Of a DNA stretch of 64,000 bases, positions 37,862 to 46,334 are shown piece after piece. The stretch is taken from contig CAWDYO010000009.1 in assembly GCA_963806515.1 (NCBI GenBank), positions 20,179-84,178 of the forward strand, given 5' to 3'. Source of the stretch: an uncultured Actinomycetes bacterium. GTDB lineage: Bacteria; Actinomycetota; Thermoleophilia; Solirubrobacterales; Solirubrobacteraceae. Both the position numbers and the translations under genes were made by a program. Below the pieces are notes generated by a model. That model ran no database searches. It worked only from the letters and a program-made list of their open reading frames with translations, and was not told the origin of the DNA. Position 1 is the first letter of the stretch. The number at the start of each line of letters is the position of its first letter.

Positions 37862-38458
37862 GTGCGCATGCTCGACGCCACCGCGATCCGCCCGGCGCCG
37901 GCCGGCGTGCATTGGCAGGGATCGTGGACGCCGCTCGAGGCCGACGAACGCGCGCTCGTCGCGCTGCTGCCGGCGGCCCAGCGGCTGCTCCTCACGACCG
38001 ACGGCACGGTGACGCCCGCGCTCGCGACGATCGCGGGCGAGCCCGTCGCCGTGCGCACGCTCGCCCAGGACGTCGTCGCCCTCGACGAGGACGACGAGCG
38101 ACTCGCGCTGTGGAAGGGCGGCAAGGTGCTCGACCGGCGCGTGCTCCTATACGGCGCCGAGAGCGGGACGCCGCTGCTCTACGGCGCGTCGCAGATCGTC
38201 GCCCACCGCGTGCCCCGCCCGGCGCGCGATGCGCTCGTGCTCGGCACCACCGCGATCGGGCTCGTCCTGCGAGCGCACGAGATCGAGACGTTCCGCGTGC
38301 CGCTCAGCGTCGGCGTCGGGCCGGCGAGCGACGAGGCCGCGGTTCACCTCGGCCCGGGCCTCGTGTGCCAGCGCACCTACGCGATCCGCTCGCAGGGCCG
38401 CCCGCTGATGATCGTGCACGAGCAGTTCCCCGCGACCGGGTTCGGAGCGCAGCGCTGA
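37862..38458 (+). CDS. Chorismate pyruvate-lyase-like protein (DUF98 / Rv2949c-like)
   Basis: 'RLLLTTDGTVTPALATIAGEPVAV', 'HEIETFRV' and 'RTYAIRSQGRPLMIVHEQF' parallel the M. tuberculosis Rv2949c motifs as I recall them. Confidence 0.65.
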   Translation: MRMLDATAIRPAPAGVHWQGSWTPLEADERALVALLPAAQRLLLTTDGTVTPALATIAGEPVAVRTLAQDVVALDEDDERLALWKGGKVLDRRVLLYGAESGTPLLYGASQIVAHRVPRPARDALVLGTTAIGLVLRAHEIETFRVPLSVGVGPASDEAAVHLGPGLVCQRTYAIRSQGRPLMIVHEQFPATGFGAQR

Positions 38459-39723
38459 TGCGCGTGCTCGTCGCCGGCGGCGGGATCGGCGGCCTTGCGA
38501 CCGCGCTCAGCCTGCACCAGGCCGGCATCGACGTCGAGGTCGTCGAGTCGGCGCGCGCCATCCAGGCCTACGGCGCCGGCATCAACCTGCTCCCGCACGC
38601 GGTTCGCGAGCTCACCGAACTCGGCCTCGGCGAGGAGGTCGAGGCCGCCGGGATCGCGACGAAGGAGCTCGTCTACCACGACCGCTTCGGCAGCCGCATC
38701 CACGCCGAGGCCCGCGGGCGCGCCGCCGGCTACCGCTGGCCGCAGATCTCGATCCACCGCGGCGAGCTGCAGATGGCGCTGCTGCGCGCCGTCCACGAAC
38801 GGATCGGGCCGGACGTCGTGACGTGCGGCGCCGCCATCGAGCGCTTCGAGCAGCATGGCGAGGGCGTCCGCGCCGAGGTCCGCGACCGTGCGACGGGCGC
38901 GCTGAGAACGATCGCTGCCGACGTGCTCGTCGGCGCCGACGGCATCGACTCGGCGGTCCGCGCGCAGCTGCATCCCGACGAGGGTCCGGCGCGCTGGTCG
39001 GGCGTCGGCATGTGGCGCGGCGTCAGCGAGGCCGAGCCGTTCGGCAGCGGCCGGACGATGATCATGGCCGGCTCGAACCGCAGCGAGAAGTTCGTCGCCT
39101 ATCCCATCCGCGGGCGCGACGGCCGCCGGCTCGTCAACTGGGTCGCCGAGGTGCGGCTCGCGCCCGACGACGCCGCCGCCGGCGCGCACGACTGGACGCG
39201 GACGAGCGACCCCGCGGCCGTGATCGAGCACTTCGCGAGCTGGAGCTTCGACTGGCTCGACGTGCCCGCGCTCATCGCCGGCACGGCGTCGATCTTCGAG
39301 TACCCGATGATCGATCGCGACCCGCTCGCCTACTGGGGCGCGGGACGGGTCACGCTGCTCGGCGACGCCGCGCACCCGATGTACCCGATCGGCTCCAATG
39401 GCGCGTCGCAGGCGATCATCGACGCGCGCGTCCTCGCCCGCGAGCTCGCCGTCCACGACGATCCCGCCGCCGCGCTCGCCGCCTACGAGCGCGTCCGGCG
39501 CCCCGCGACGAGCGCGATCGTGCTCGCCAACCGCCGCCACGGCCCCGAGCAGGTCATGACCGTCGTCGAGCAGCGCGCCCCACACGGCTTCGCGCACATC
39601 GACGACGTCATCGCCCCCGACGAACTGCGCACGATCGTCGCGCGCTACAGCGCGACCGCCGGCTTCGACGTCGACGAGCTCAATGCGCGCCCGTCCCTCG
39701 GCCCGAGGGCGATCGCGCGTTAA
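38458..39723 (+). CDS. FAD-dependent aromatic-ring monooxygenase (salicylate / 3-hydroxybenzoate hydroxylase-like)
   Basis: 'VLVAGGGIGGLATAL' GxGxxG motif, 'LVGADGIDSAVR', 'VTLLGDAAHPMYPIGSNGASQAIID'. The ATG overlaps the upstream TGA. Confidence 0.85.
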   Translation: MRVLVAGGGIGGLATALSLHQAGIDVEVVESARAIQAYGAGINLLPHAVRELTELGLGEEVEAAGIATKELVYHDRFGSRIHAEARGRAAGYRWPQISIHRGELQMALLRAVHERIGPDVVTCGAAIERFEQHGEGVRAEVRDRATGALRTIAADVLVGADGIDSAVRAQLHPDEGPARWSGVGMWRGVSEAEPFGSGRTMIMAGSNRSEKFVAYPIRGRDGRRLVNWVAEVRLAPDDAAAGAHDWTRTSDPAAVIEHFASWSFDWLDVPALIAGTASIFEYPMIDRDPLAYWGAGRVTLLGDAAHPMYPIGSNGASQAIIDARVLARELAVHDDPAAALAAYERVRRPATSAIVLANRRHGPEQVMTVVEQRAPHGFAHIDDVIAPDELRTIVARYSATAGFDVDELNARPSLGPRAIAR

Positions 39724-39759
39724 CAGTTCTCCGGCCCCGGGTGGACTAGGCTGGTGGGC

Positions 39760-40029
39760 ATGGACGACGACGAGATCAAGGTGCTGGTCAAGCGGCTGGC
39801 GCGCAAGCATCCGTCCGGGGGCACGGTCATCGAGCGCGCGGCGATCATGGCCGAGGGCACCGGCTCGTCGGACGTCATGGCGTGGGTCATCGGCCACGGT
39901 GGCACGCCCGAGGCCGCCGTGAAGACGGCCGCCCCGCGCGGGATCCACGGCTGGCAGCTTGGCGGGACCAGCGCCCCCGACGCCCGCAAGGCCGCGCGCT
40001 TCGTGCTGCCCGCGGGCGCGCTCGACTGA
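39760..40029 (+). CDS. Hypothetical small protein
   Basis: ATG 39760 gives 'MDDDEIKVLVKRLARKHPSGG...'. No motif recognised. Confidence 0.4.
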   Translation: MDDDEIKVLVKRLARKHPSGGTVIERAAIMAEGTGSSDVMAWVIGHGGTPEAAVKTAAPRGIHGWQLGGTSAPDARKAARFVLPAGALD

Positions 40030-40085
40030 TCGCCGATCCGGCGCAGGCGCGGCCGGACCAAGCCTCGCACCCGGCGTAAGCTCGC

Positions 40086-40787
40086 TCAGCGGCGCGTGAC
40101 GTGGACCGGCGCGCCGGCCGGGACGTGCTCGGCGAGCCAGCCGACGTTCGAGTTGTTCACGCGGATGCAACCGTGCGAGCGCGCGCTCCCGAGCGGGTCG
40201 GCGAGGCTCGCGCCGGCGCGCCCGTGAATCGCGACCCGGCCGGCCCCGCCGCCGTAGTTGTCGAGCACGTCGGAGACCGCGGTGAGGTGCAGCGCCCAGG
40301 TCCCGAGGAACGCGCGCGGGTTGGGCTGGCGCACGCGCTCGTAGATGGCCGCGAGCCCGACCGGCGTCGGGGTCGAGCGGGCGCCGACGACCGCGCGGAA
40401 GCGGCGCACCTGGCGCCCGTCGGAGTACACCGTCACCCAGCGCGTCCGGCGCTGGACCTTCACCCAGTAGCCGGTGTGCGTGATCGTCGCCGCGTCGCGT
40501 CGGATCCACGCGGAGCGGTTGCTTCGCAGCGGCAGCCGGACGCGCAGCCAGCGCTCGCCGTCGCGGCGGCCGGTCTCGAGGATGAGCAGGCGCTGCGGCT
40601 GGTGCGCCCAGTTCGTCTCCGGCGGGATGCGCCACACGACGCGGCCCCGGCCCGGCTTCGTCCGCGCCGTCGTCGTCGCGGTGATGCGGGCGATCCACGC
40701 CCCTTCAGAGCGCGACGGCTCCCTGATCGCCGAGACGGCCGGCGGGGGTGGGGGTGGAGGAGCGAAGGCGAGCACGCGGCCGGCCAA
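40086..40787 (-). CDS. L,D-transpeptidase (YkuD domain); start uncertain
   Basis: C-terminal catalytic 'GRVAIHGRAG....GSARSHGCIRVNN'. No convincing signal peptide at any in-frame start (TTG 40787, GTG 40775, GTG 40856). The longer ORF would overlap the divergent MCO gene. Confidence 0.7.
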   Translation of the reverse strand: MAGRVLAFAPPPPPPPAVSAIREPSRSEGAWIARITATTTARTKPGRGRVVWRIPPETNWAHQPQRLLILETGRRDGERWLRVRLPLRSNRSAWIRRDAATITHTGYWVKVQRRTRWVTVYSDGRQVRRFRAVVGARSTPTPVGLAAIYERVRQPNPRAFLGTWALHLTAVSDVLDNYGGGAGRVAIHGRAGASLADPLGSARSHGCIRVNNSNVGWLAEHVPAGAPVHVTRR

Positions 40788-40944
40788 GTATCCGTCTTGG
40801 GGGCCGCGCGCGGGGCGATTCGCGCCTGGACGAGCGTCCAGTTGACCGCGGCCCACCAGGCGGCGTAGGTTGAACAGGCCACCGGTCGGCGCTCGGGGAC
40901 GAGAGCGACCAGCAGGCCCGGGTACGGCGAGGCGAGGACGAACG

Positions 40945-43900
40945 ATGGGCGTCGCGACGATGCAGCTGGTCCGCCGGAAGCCGCGAACGGCGGCCGTGCT
41001 CGCCGGGATCGCCCTGCTGGCGCTCGCAGCGCTCCTCATCACGAGCTCGACCGGCCGGGCCACCTCGAGCGACAACCCCTACACCCTGCCGTCCGTCGTC
41101 GACACGAACCCGGCGGCGGACATCGTCGAGACGACGATCGTCTCCAGCGAGGCCACCGTCGACCTCGGCAACGGGCTCACGGCGCACACGCAGGCCTACA
41201 ACGGCGCGATCCCCGGCCCGACGTTCCGCCTGAAGGTCGGCGACACCGTGATCGTCCACTACCGCAACGACCTCACGCACAACAGCGCCATCCACTGGCA
41301 CGGGATCGAGCTCTCCAACGCGATGGACGGCACGCCGTTCACGCAGAACCAGGTCCCGCCGGGCGAGGAGTTCCTCTACAAGTTCAAGGTCACGCGGCCC
41401 GGGGTCTACTGGTATCACCCGCACCACCACTCCTCGACGAACCAGGTCTACAAGGGCCTCTACGGGATGATCCTCGTCGAGGATCCCAACGAGGCGGCGC
41501 TCATCGCGGACGGCACGCTGCCGCCGGCCGCGCAGACGGTGCCGCTCGTGCTGAGCGACATCACCGTCTGCAAGACGCCGGGGTCCAACGACACGCAGAC
41601 GTTCCCGACCGGCGCAACGGTGCCGTGGTCGGGTCCCGGCGGCGCGCTGATGACCGTGCAGCCTGCGCCCCACCCCGTCACGATCTGCGAGACCTCGCCG
41701 ATCGACGAGGACGGCAGCCTGCGCGCCCCGTTCGCCGCCGGCGACGTGCCGAACACCCAGCAGCTCGGCCAGGGGCGCGTGAACGAAGGCCAGACCGTCC
41801 TGACGAACGGGATGAACGTCGGCGGGCGCGCAGGCTCGCCGGCCATTCCCGGCGCCCTGGATCCGGGAGCCCAGACGCTTGACGTGCAGGACGGCCAAGG
41901 CCTGCGGCTGCCGATCGTCAACTCCGCCACGACGCGCTACATGCGCCTGCGCCTGACGACGAGCACCGGCACGCAGGTCGACCTCGTGAAGGTCGGCAGC
42001 GAGGCCGGCCTGCTCGACGACGCCGTCATCGAGGGCGGCCTGCAGGGCGCGTTCGACACGCTGTACGCGCCCGGCGAGATCCTGCTGGCGCCCGGCACCC
42101 GGGCGGACGTCGTCGCGGCGATCCCGTCCGGAGCGACCGGCGTGCTGACCCTGTGGACGCAGGACTACCAGCGCGTGGGCCTGGGGACGTTCTTCTCGTT
42201 CATCCCGAGCGTGCCCGTCATGCACCTCAACGTCACCGGCCCGGCGCCGTCGACGTACACGATCGCGCCCGGAACGCCGCTGCGCTCCGCGACCGGCGAT
42301 CCGGTCGAGACGCTCGGCGCGCCGACGGACACGCTGCTTGACCCGGGGACGTTCGCGCCGGTCAAGCTCGGCATGCCGCTGCAGGACATCATCCTCGGCA
42401 TGGACGGCCTGCTGCTCGGCATCAACGGCATCTTCGGGACCCACGACGCTCCGGGCGACTACACGGTCCTGCCGCATCTCGGCTCGTCGCGCTACGCGGT
42501 CGTCGGCGACCTGCTCGAGCTCACGGTCACCAACAGCACCGCCGCGCACCACCCCTTCCACCTGCACGGCTTCTCGATCCAGCCCGTCTCGCTGACGCGG
42601 CCCGCCTTCCCGACGTACACCTGGCCCTTTAGCGAGTTCCGCGACAACGTCAACATCCCGGCGTTCTACACGCTCACGTACCGCATCCGGCTCGACGAGC
42701 GCGAGCTGCCCGACGGGACGACGACCGGCGGCGCCGCCGGCCGCTGGGTGTTTCACTGCCACATCTTCTTCCACGCGACGCTCGGGATGCTCGGCGAGCT
42801 CGTCGTCGTGCCGGCGGTCGACGGCAACGAGCGCCCGAACGTCAACAGCGACGCGACGAAGGTGGCGTCGACAGAGGGTGCGACCGCGGCGCTGACCGGC
42901 ACCTACCAGGACCCCGACGGCGATCCCGTCACGCTGGCCGCATCGCTGGGCACGGTGACCGACACGGGCGGCGGCACGTGGAGCTGGTCGCGCACCGCGA
43001 CCGCGGCCGACGTCAGCGAGGACTTCGTCTACATCACCGCGACGGACTCCGGCGGGCGCAAGAACCAGACCGTCTTCGCGTTCGACGTCACGGCGCTCCC
43101 GCCACCGCCGCCGCCCCCACCGGCGTCGCCACCGCCACCGCCTCCGCCGGGCGCCCCGACGCTCACGCTCACCCCGGCGACCGCATCCAACCCGGTCGGC
43201 GCGACCCACGCGGTCACCGCGACGCTCGCCGGCGTCTCACCCGCGAGCGGTCGCACGATCGCCTTCCGCGTCACCGGTGAGCACTCCGCGACCGGCTCGG
43301 CGACGACGTCCTCGGCGGGCACCGCGCCGTTCAGCTACGCCGGCACGGGCGTCGGCAGCGACACGATCACGGCCTGCTACGACTTCAGCGGCGACGGCGA
43401 CTGCGCCGACGCGAACGACCTCCGGGCCACCGCGAGGAAGACGTGGACGTTCGCGATCTCCGGCCTGGACCACTTCAAGTGCTACAGCGTCACGCCGACG
43501 GCGACGCGGTCTCGCGCGGTGACGCTCTCAGACCAGTTCGGACGCCGCAGCTCGGTGACCGGCGCGCGCCGGTCGCTGTGCAACCCGGTGTCGAAGAACG
43601 GCGGCCGGATCGTCAACCCGCGCGCGCACCTCACGTGCTACTCGACGCGCGACGCCACGGGCCGCTTCGCAGCGCGCCGGGTTCGCGTGAGCAACCAGTT
43701 CGGGACGCGCGAGCTGCGCGTCGTGCGGCCGGCCTCGCTGTGCCTGCCGTCGCTCAAACGGCTCGGCACCGCCCGCCCGGCAGGGGCGCTCCCGGAGCCG
43801 CAGCTCGACCACTTCCGCTGCTACGACGTCGTGGCGAGGGCCGTGAACCGCACCGTGCGGCTGCGCGACCAGTTCGGGACGAAGACGGCACGGGTCCTCC

Positions 43901-44109
43901 GCGTCACGACGCTCTGCAACCCCGTGCGCAAGGTGAAGGGCAACAGCATCTCGCGGGTCCGCCGCGCCCAAGCGCATCTCGTCTGCTACGCGATCCGCGA
44001 CACGACGGGGCGCCGGCGGGCGATCGTGCGCAACCAGTTCGAGACCGCACGCCTGCGTACCCGGCGTTCGCAGACGCTCTGCCTGCCGTCGCTCAAGAAG
44101 GCCCTGTAG
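40945..44109 (+). CDS. Multicopper oxidase with Pro-rich linker, Ig-like domain and two C-terminal Cys-containing repeats
   Basis: Cu motifs 'HWHGIE', 'YWYHPHHH', 'HPFHLHGF', 'HCHIFFHATLGM'. Signal/TM 'AAVLAGIALLALAALLI'. Poly-Pro 'PPPPPPPPASPPPPPPPG'. Two 'DHF[KR]CY...DQFG...LCNPV.K...AHL.CY..RD.TGR...V.NQF.T..L....LCLPSLK' units. Confidence 0.85.
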   Translation: MGVATMQLVRRKPRTAAVLAGIALLALAALLITSSTGRATSSDNPYTLPSVVDTNPAADIVETTIVSSEATVDLGNGLTAHTQAYNGAIPGPTFRLKVGDTVIVHYRNDLTHNSAIHWHGIELSNAMDGTPFTQNQVPPGEEFLYKFKVTRPGVYWYHPHHHSSTNQVYKGLYGMILVEDPNEAALIADGTLPPAAQTVPLVLSDITVCKTPGSNDTQTFPTGATVPWSGPGGALMTVQPAPHPVTICETSPIDEDGSLRAPFAAGDVPNTQQLGQGRVNEGQTVLTNGMNVGGRAGSPAIPGALDPGAQTLDVQDGQGLRLPIVNSATTRYMRLRLTTSTGTQVDLVKVGSEAGLLDDAVIEGGLQGAFDTLYAPGEILLAPGTRADVVAAIPSGATGVLTLWTQDYQRVGLGTFFSFIPSVPVMHLNVTGPAPSTYTIAPGTPLRSATGDPVETLGAPTDTLLDPGTFAPVKLGMPLQDIILGMDGLLLGINGIFGTHDAPGDYTVLPHLGSSRYAVVGDLLELTVTNSTAAHHPFHLHGFSIQPVSLTRPAFPTYTWPFSEFRDNVNIPAFYTLTYRIRLDERELPDGTTTGGAAGRWVFHCHIFFHATLGMLGELVVVPAVDGNERPNVNSDATKVASTEGATAALTGTYQDPDGDPVTLAASLGTVTDTGGGTWSWSRTATAADVSEDFVYITATDSGGRKNQTVFAFDVTALPPPPPPPPASPPPPPPPGAPTLTLTPATASNPVGATHAVTATLAGVSPASGRTIAFRVTGEHSATGSATTSSAGTAPFSYAGTGVGSDTITACYDFSGDGDCADANDLRATARKTWTFAISGLDHFKCYSVTPTATRSRAVTLSDQFGRRSSVTGARRSLCNPVSKNGGRIVNPRAHLTCYSTRDATGRFAARRVRVSNQFGTRELRVVRPASLCLPSLKRLGTARPAGALPEPQLDHFRCYDVVARAVNRTVRLRDQFGTKTARVLRVTTLCNPVRKVKGNSISRVRRAQAHLVCYAIRDTTGRRRAIVRNQFETARLRTRRSQTLCLPSLKKAL

Positions 44110-44131
44110 CAGGCCGATCACGCGGGGCGAG

Positions 44132-44199
44132 ACGATGTCCTTGACATCGTGCGTTCTGTGACGTTACCGTCGTGCCAGGAGGGAGACTGGTCAGTCTCC
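44132..44199 (+). promoter_or_regulatory. Candidate promoter with two palindromes upstream of the MetE-like/methyltransferase gene
   Basis: ACGATGTC-CTT-GACATCGT (44132-44150) embeds TTGACA (44141-44146). TACCGT lies 18 nt downstream (44165-44170). The second palindrome is GGAGACTG-GT-CAGTCTCC (44182-44199). Confidence 0.4.
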
Positions 44200-44225
44200 T
44201 GGGTGACGGCGAGCGAGAGGTCCCG

Positions 44226-46331
44226 ATGAACGAGCCCGACCCGGGCGCCCCCGTGGCGACCCTGGTGCACGACCACGACGCGACCGAGTCCAAGGAGTAC
44301 GTGCCGGTCGGCGTCCACCTGGTCGGCAGCGTGCCACTCGGCAGCGCAGACGAGGTCTTCCGCACCGTCGCGGGCGCCGTCGGCGACCGGCTGCGCCGCA
44401 TGCCCGATGGCGAGACGGGCCCGCGCTCAGACTGGATCCTGTGGCAGTACCCGGTCTTCAGCTCGCGGCCGCAGTTCGAGGTCGGGCCACCGAGCGAGGA
44501 CTCCTACCGCACGCTGCCGACGCTCCGCCTGCGCGGCGGCGACGCGGGGGCCGGCCTGCAGTTCGAGAACCTCGGCTTCCTCGACTCCGCGACCGCGTCC
44601 TACCGCCGCTTCGCCCAGCTCAAGCGCGACGGCGTCATCCCGCCGCGCATCCGCTTTCAGCTCTCGCTGCCGACCCCGCTCGCGCCGGTCAGCGCGTTCG
44701 TCGCGCCGGAGTACCGCGCCCTCGTCGAGCCCGCGTACGAGGCGCGGGTGCTGGAGGAGCTCGCGGCGATCCTGCGGGCGATCCCGGCCGACCAGCTCGC
44801 CGTGCAGTGGGACGCGCGCCTGGAGTTCGCGATGCTCGAAGGCATCACCGACTCGTGGTTCGGCGAGGTGCGCTCCGGCGTGCTCGAACGCCTGCTGCGC
44901 CTGAGCCGCCACATCCCGGCGGAGGTCGAGCTCGGCTTCCACCTCTGCTACGGCGACGAGACGCACGGCCACTTCATCGTGCCGCAGACGACGCGCAGGA
45001 TGGTCGACGTCGCGAACGCGCTGGCGTCGAGTCTCGGCCGGCCGCTGAACTGGCTGCACATGCCGGTTCCCGGCGACGCGGGCGACGACTACTTCGCGCC
45101 GCTCGCCGATCTGCGGCTCGGCGACGAGACCGAGCTGTATCTCGGCGTCCTGCACCTGGAGGACGGGGTCGAGGGCGCTCGCCGGCGGATCGCGACCGCC
45201 CGCGCGCACATCGACGAGTTCGGCGCGGCGAGCGACTGCGGCTGGGGCCGCGGCGGCTCGGCCGAGGTGGCGGACCTGCTCGAGCTGCATCGCGCGCTGT
45301 CGCGGCCCCTGCCGCACGACTCGGAGCTCGACGGGACCGACTTCGCGTGGCCGGAGGGCTTCGTCCGGGTCCCCGACGAGGAGTGGACGAAGGCCGACGT
45401 CCACGAGGCGGGCGTCGCGTACGACAACGTCGACGCCCACGGCTGGTACTCGAACCTCAACCGCCTCGTCGACTCGCTCGCCGCGCACCTGCGCGGTGGC
45501 GACCTGCTGATGGACTACTCCGGCGGCACGGGGATCCTGCTCGACCGCCTGCGGCTGCGGATCTTCGATCGCCGGGTCGGCGTGCTGATCGTCGACGCGG
45601 GCGCGAAGTTCCTGCGCGTCGCGCACCACAAGTACCAAGAGGACCCGCTCGTCGCGATGCGCCTCCTGCGCTTCATTCGCGAGGAGAAGCGGCTGCAGTC
45701 GCTCGACGAGGTGCTCGAGCCGGAGATCTACGAGCGCGGCGTCGACACGATCGCCGTCGCCAACGCGATCCACCTGTACCCGAACCTCGCCGAGGTCGCG
45801 GGGGTGTGGAACGACGTGCTGCGGCCCGGCGGGAAGGTGTTCGTGTGCTCGGGCAACCTGCGCAACCCGCGCGCGGCACCCGGCGAGTGGATCCTCGACG
45901 AGACCGTCTGGGTCATCAACGACATCGCCGAGGGGCTCGTCCGCAGCGACCCGAAGTACGCGAAGTACCGGCCCGTGCTCGACGACGGCGCACGCATGGC
46001 CGCCCATGCCAAGACGCGCGACCGGGTGTTCCTCAAGCCGCGCACGCTCGAGGAGTACACGCAGACGCTGACGGCGGCGGGGCTGCCCGTCACCGAGGTG
46101 AGCGAGGAGACGATCGTCGCCGACGTCACGGAGTGGTTCGAGTTCCTCGCCGCCTACCACGACGCCGTGCTGGGCTGGGTCGGCGGGACGCGCAAGCTCG
46201 ATGGCGCCGATCCGACGCCGGAGGCGGTGGAGGATCGCCTCGCGATCATGCGCGAGGCGATGGACGTCATCTTCGGCGGGCGCCGGACGTTCAACGCCTG
46301 CTGGACGTACCTCACCTGCACGAAGGGGTGA
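44226..46331 (+). CDS. Fusion protein: MetE-like (cobalamin-independent methionine-synthase-like) domain + class I SAM-dependent methyltransferase
   Basis: ATG 44226 follows GAGAGG. N-terminal half has 'FHLCYGDETHGH' (H-x-C as in the MetE zinc site). C-terminal half has 'LMDYSGGTGILLDRL' (motif I) and 'LRPGGKVFV'. Confidence 0.65.
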   Translation: MNEPDPGAPVATLVHDHDATESKEYVPVGVHLVGSVPLGSADEVFRTVAGAVGDRLRRMPDGETGPRSDWILWQYPVFSSRPQFEVGPPSEDSYRTLPTLRLRGGDAGAGLQFENLGFLDSATASYRRFAQLKRDGVIPPRIRFQLSLPTPLAPVSAFVAPEYRALVEPAYEARVLEELAAILRAIPADQLAVQWDARLEFAMLEGITDSWFGEVRSGVLERLLRLSRHIPAEVELGFHLCYGDETHGHFIVPQTTRRMVDVANALASSLGRPLNWLHMPVPGDAGDDYFAPLADLRLGDETELYLGVLHLEDGVEGARRRIATARAHIDEFGAASDCGWGRGGSAEVADLLELHRALSRPLPHDSELDGTDFAWPEGFVRVPDEEWTKADVHEAGVAYDNVDAHGWYSNLNRLVDSLAAHLRGGDLLMDYSGGTGILLDRLRLRIFDRRVGVLIVDAGAKFLRVAHHKYQEDPLVAMRLLRFIREEKRLQSLDEVLEPEIYERGVDTIAVANAIHLYPNLAEVAGVWNDVLRPGGKVFVCSGNLRNPRAAPGEWILDETVWVINDIAEGLVRSDPKYAKYRPVLDDGARMAAHAKTRDRVFLKPRTLEEYTQTLTAAGLPVTEVSEETIVADVTEWFEFLAAYHDAVLGWVGGTRKLDGADPTPEAVEDRLAIMREAMDVIFGGRRTFNACWTYLTCTKG

Positions 46332-46334
46332 CGT

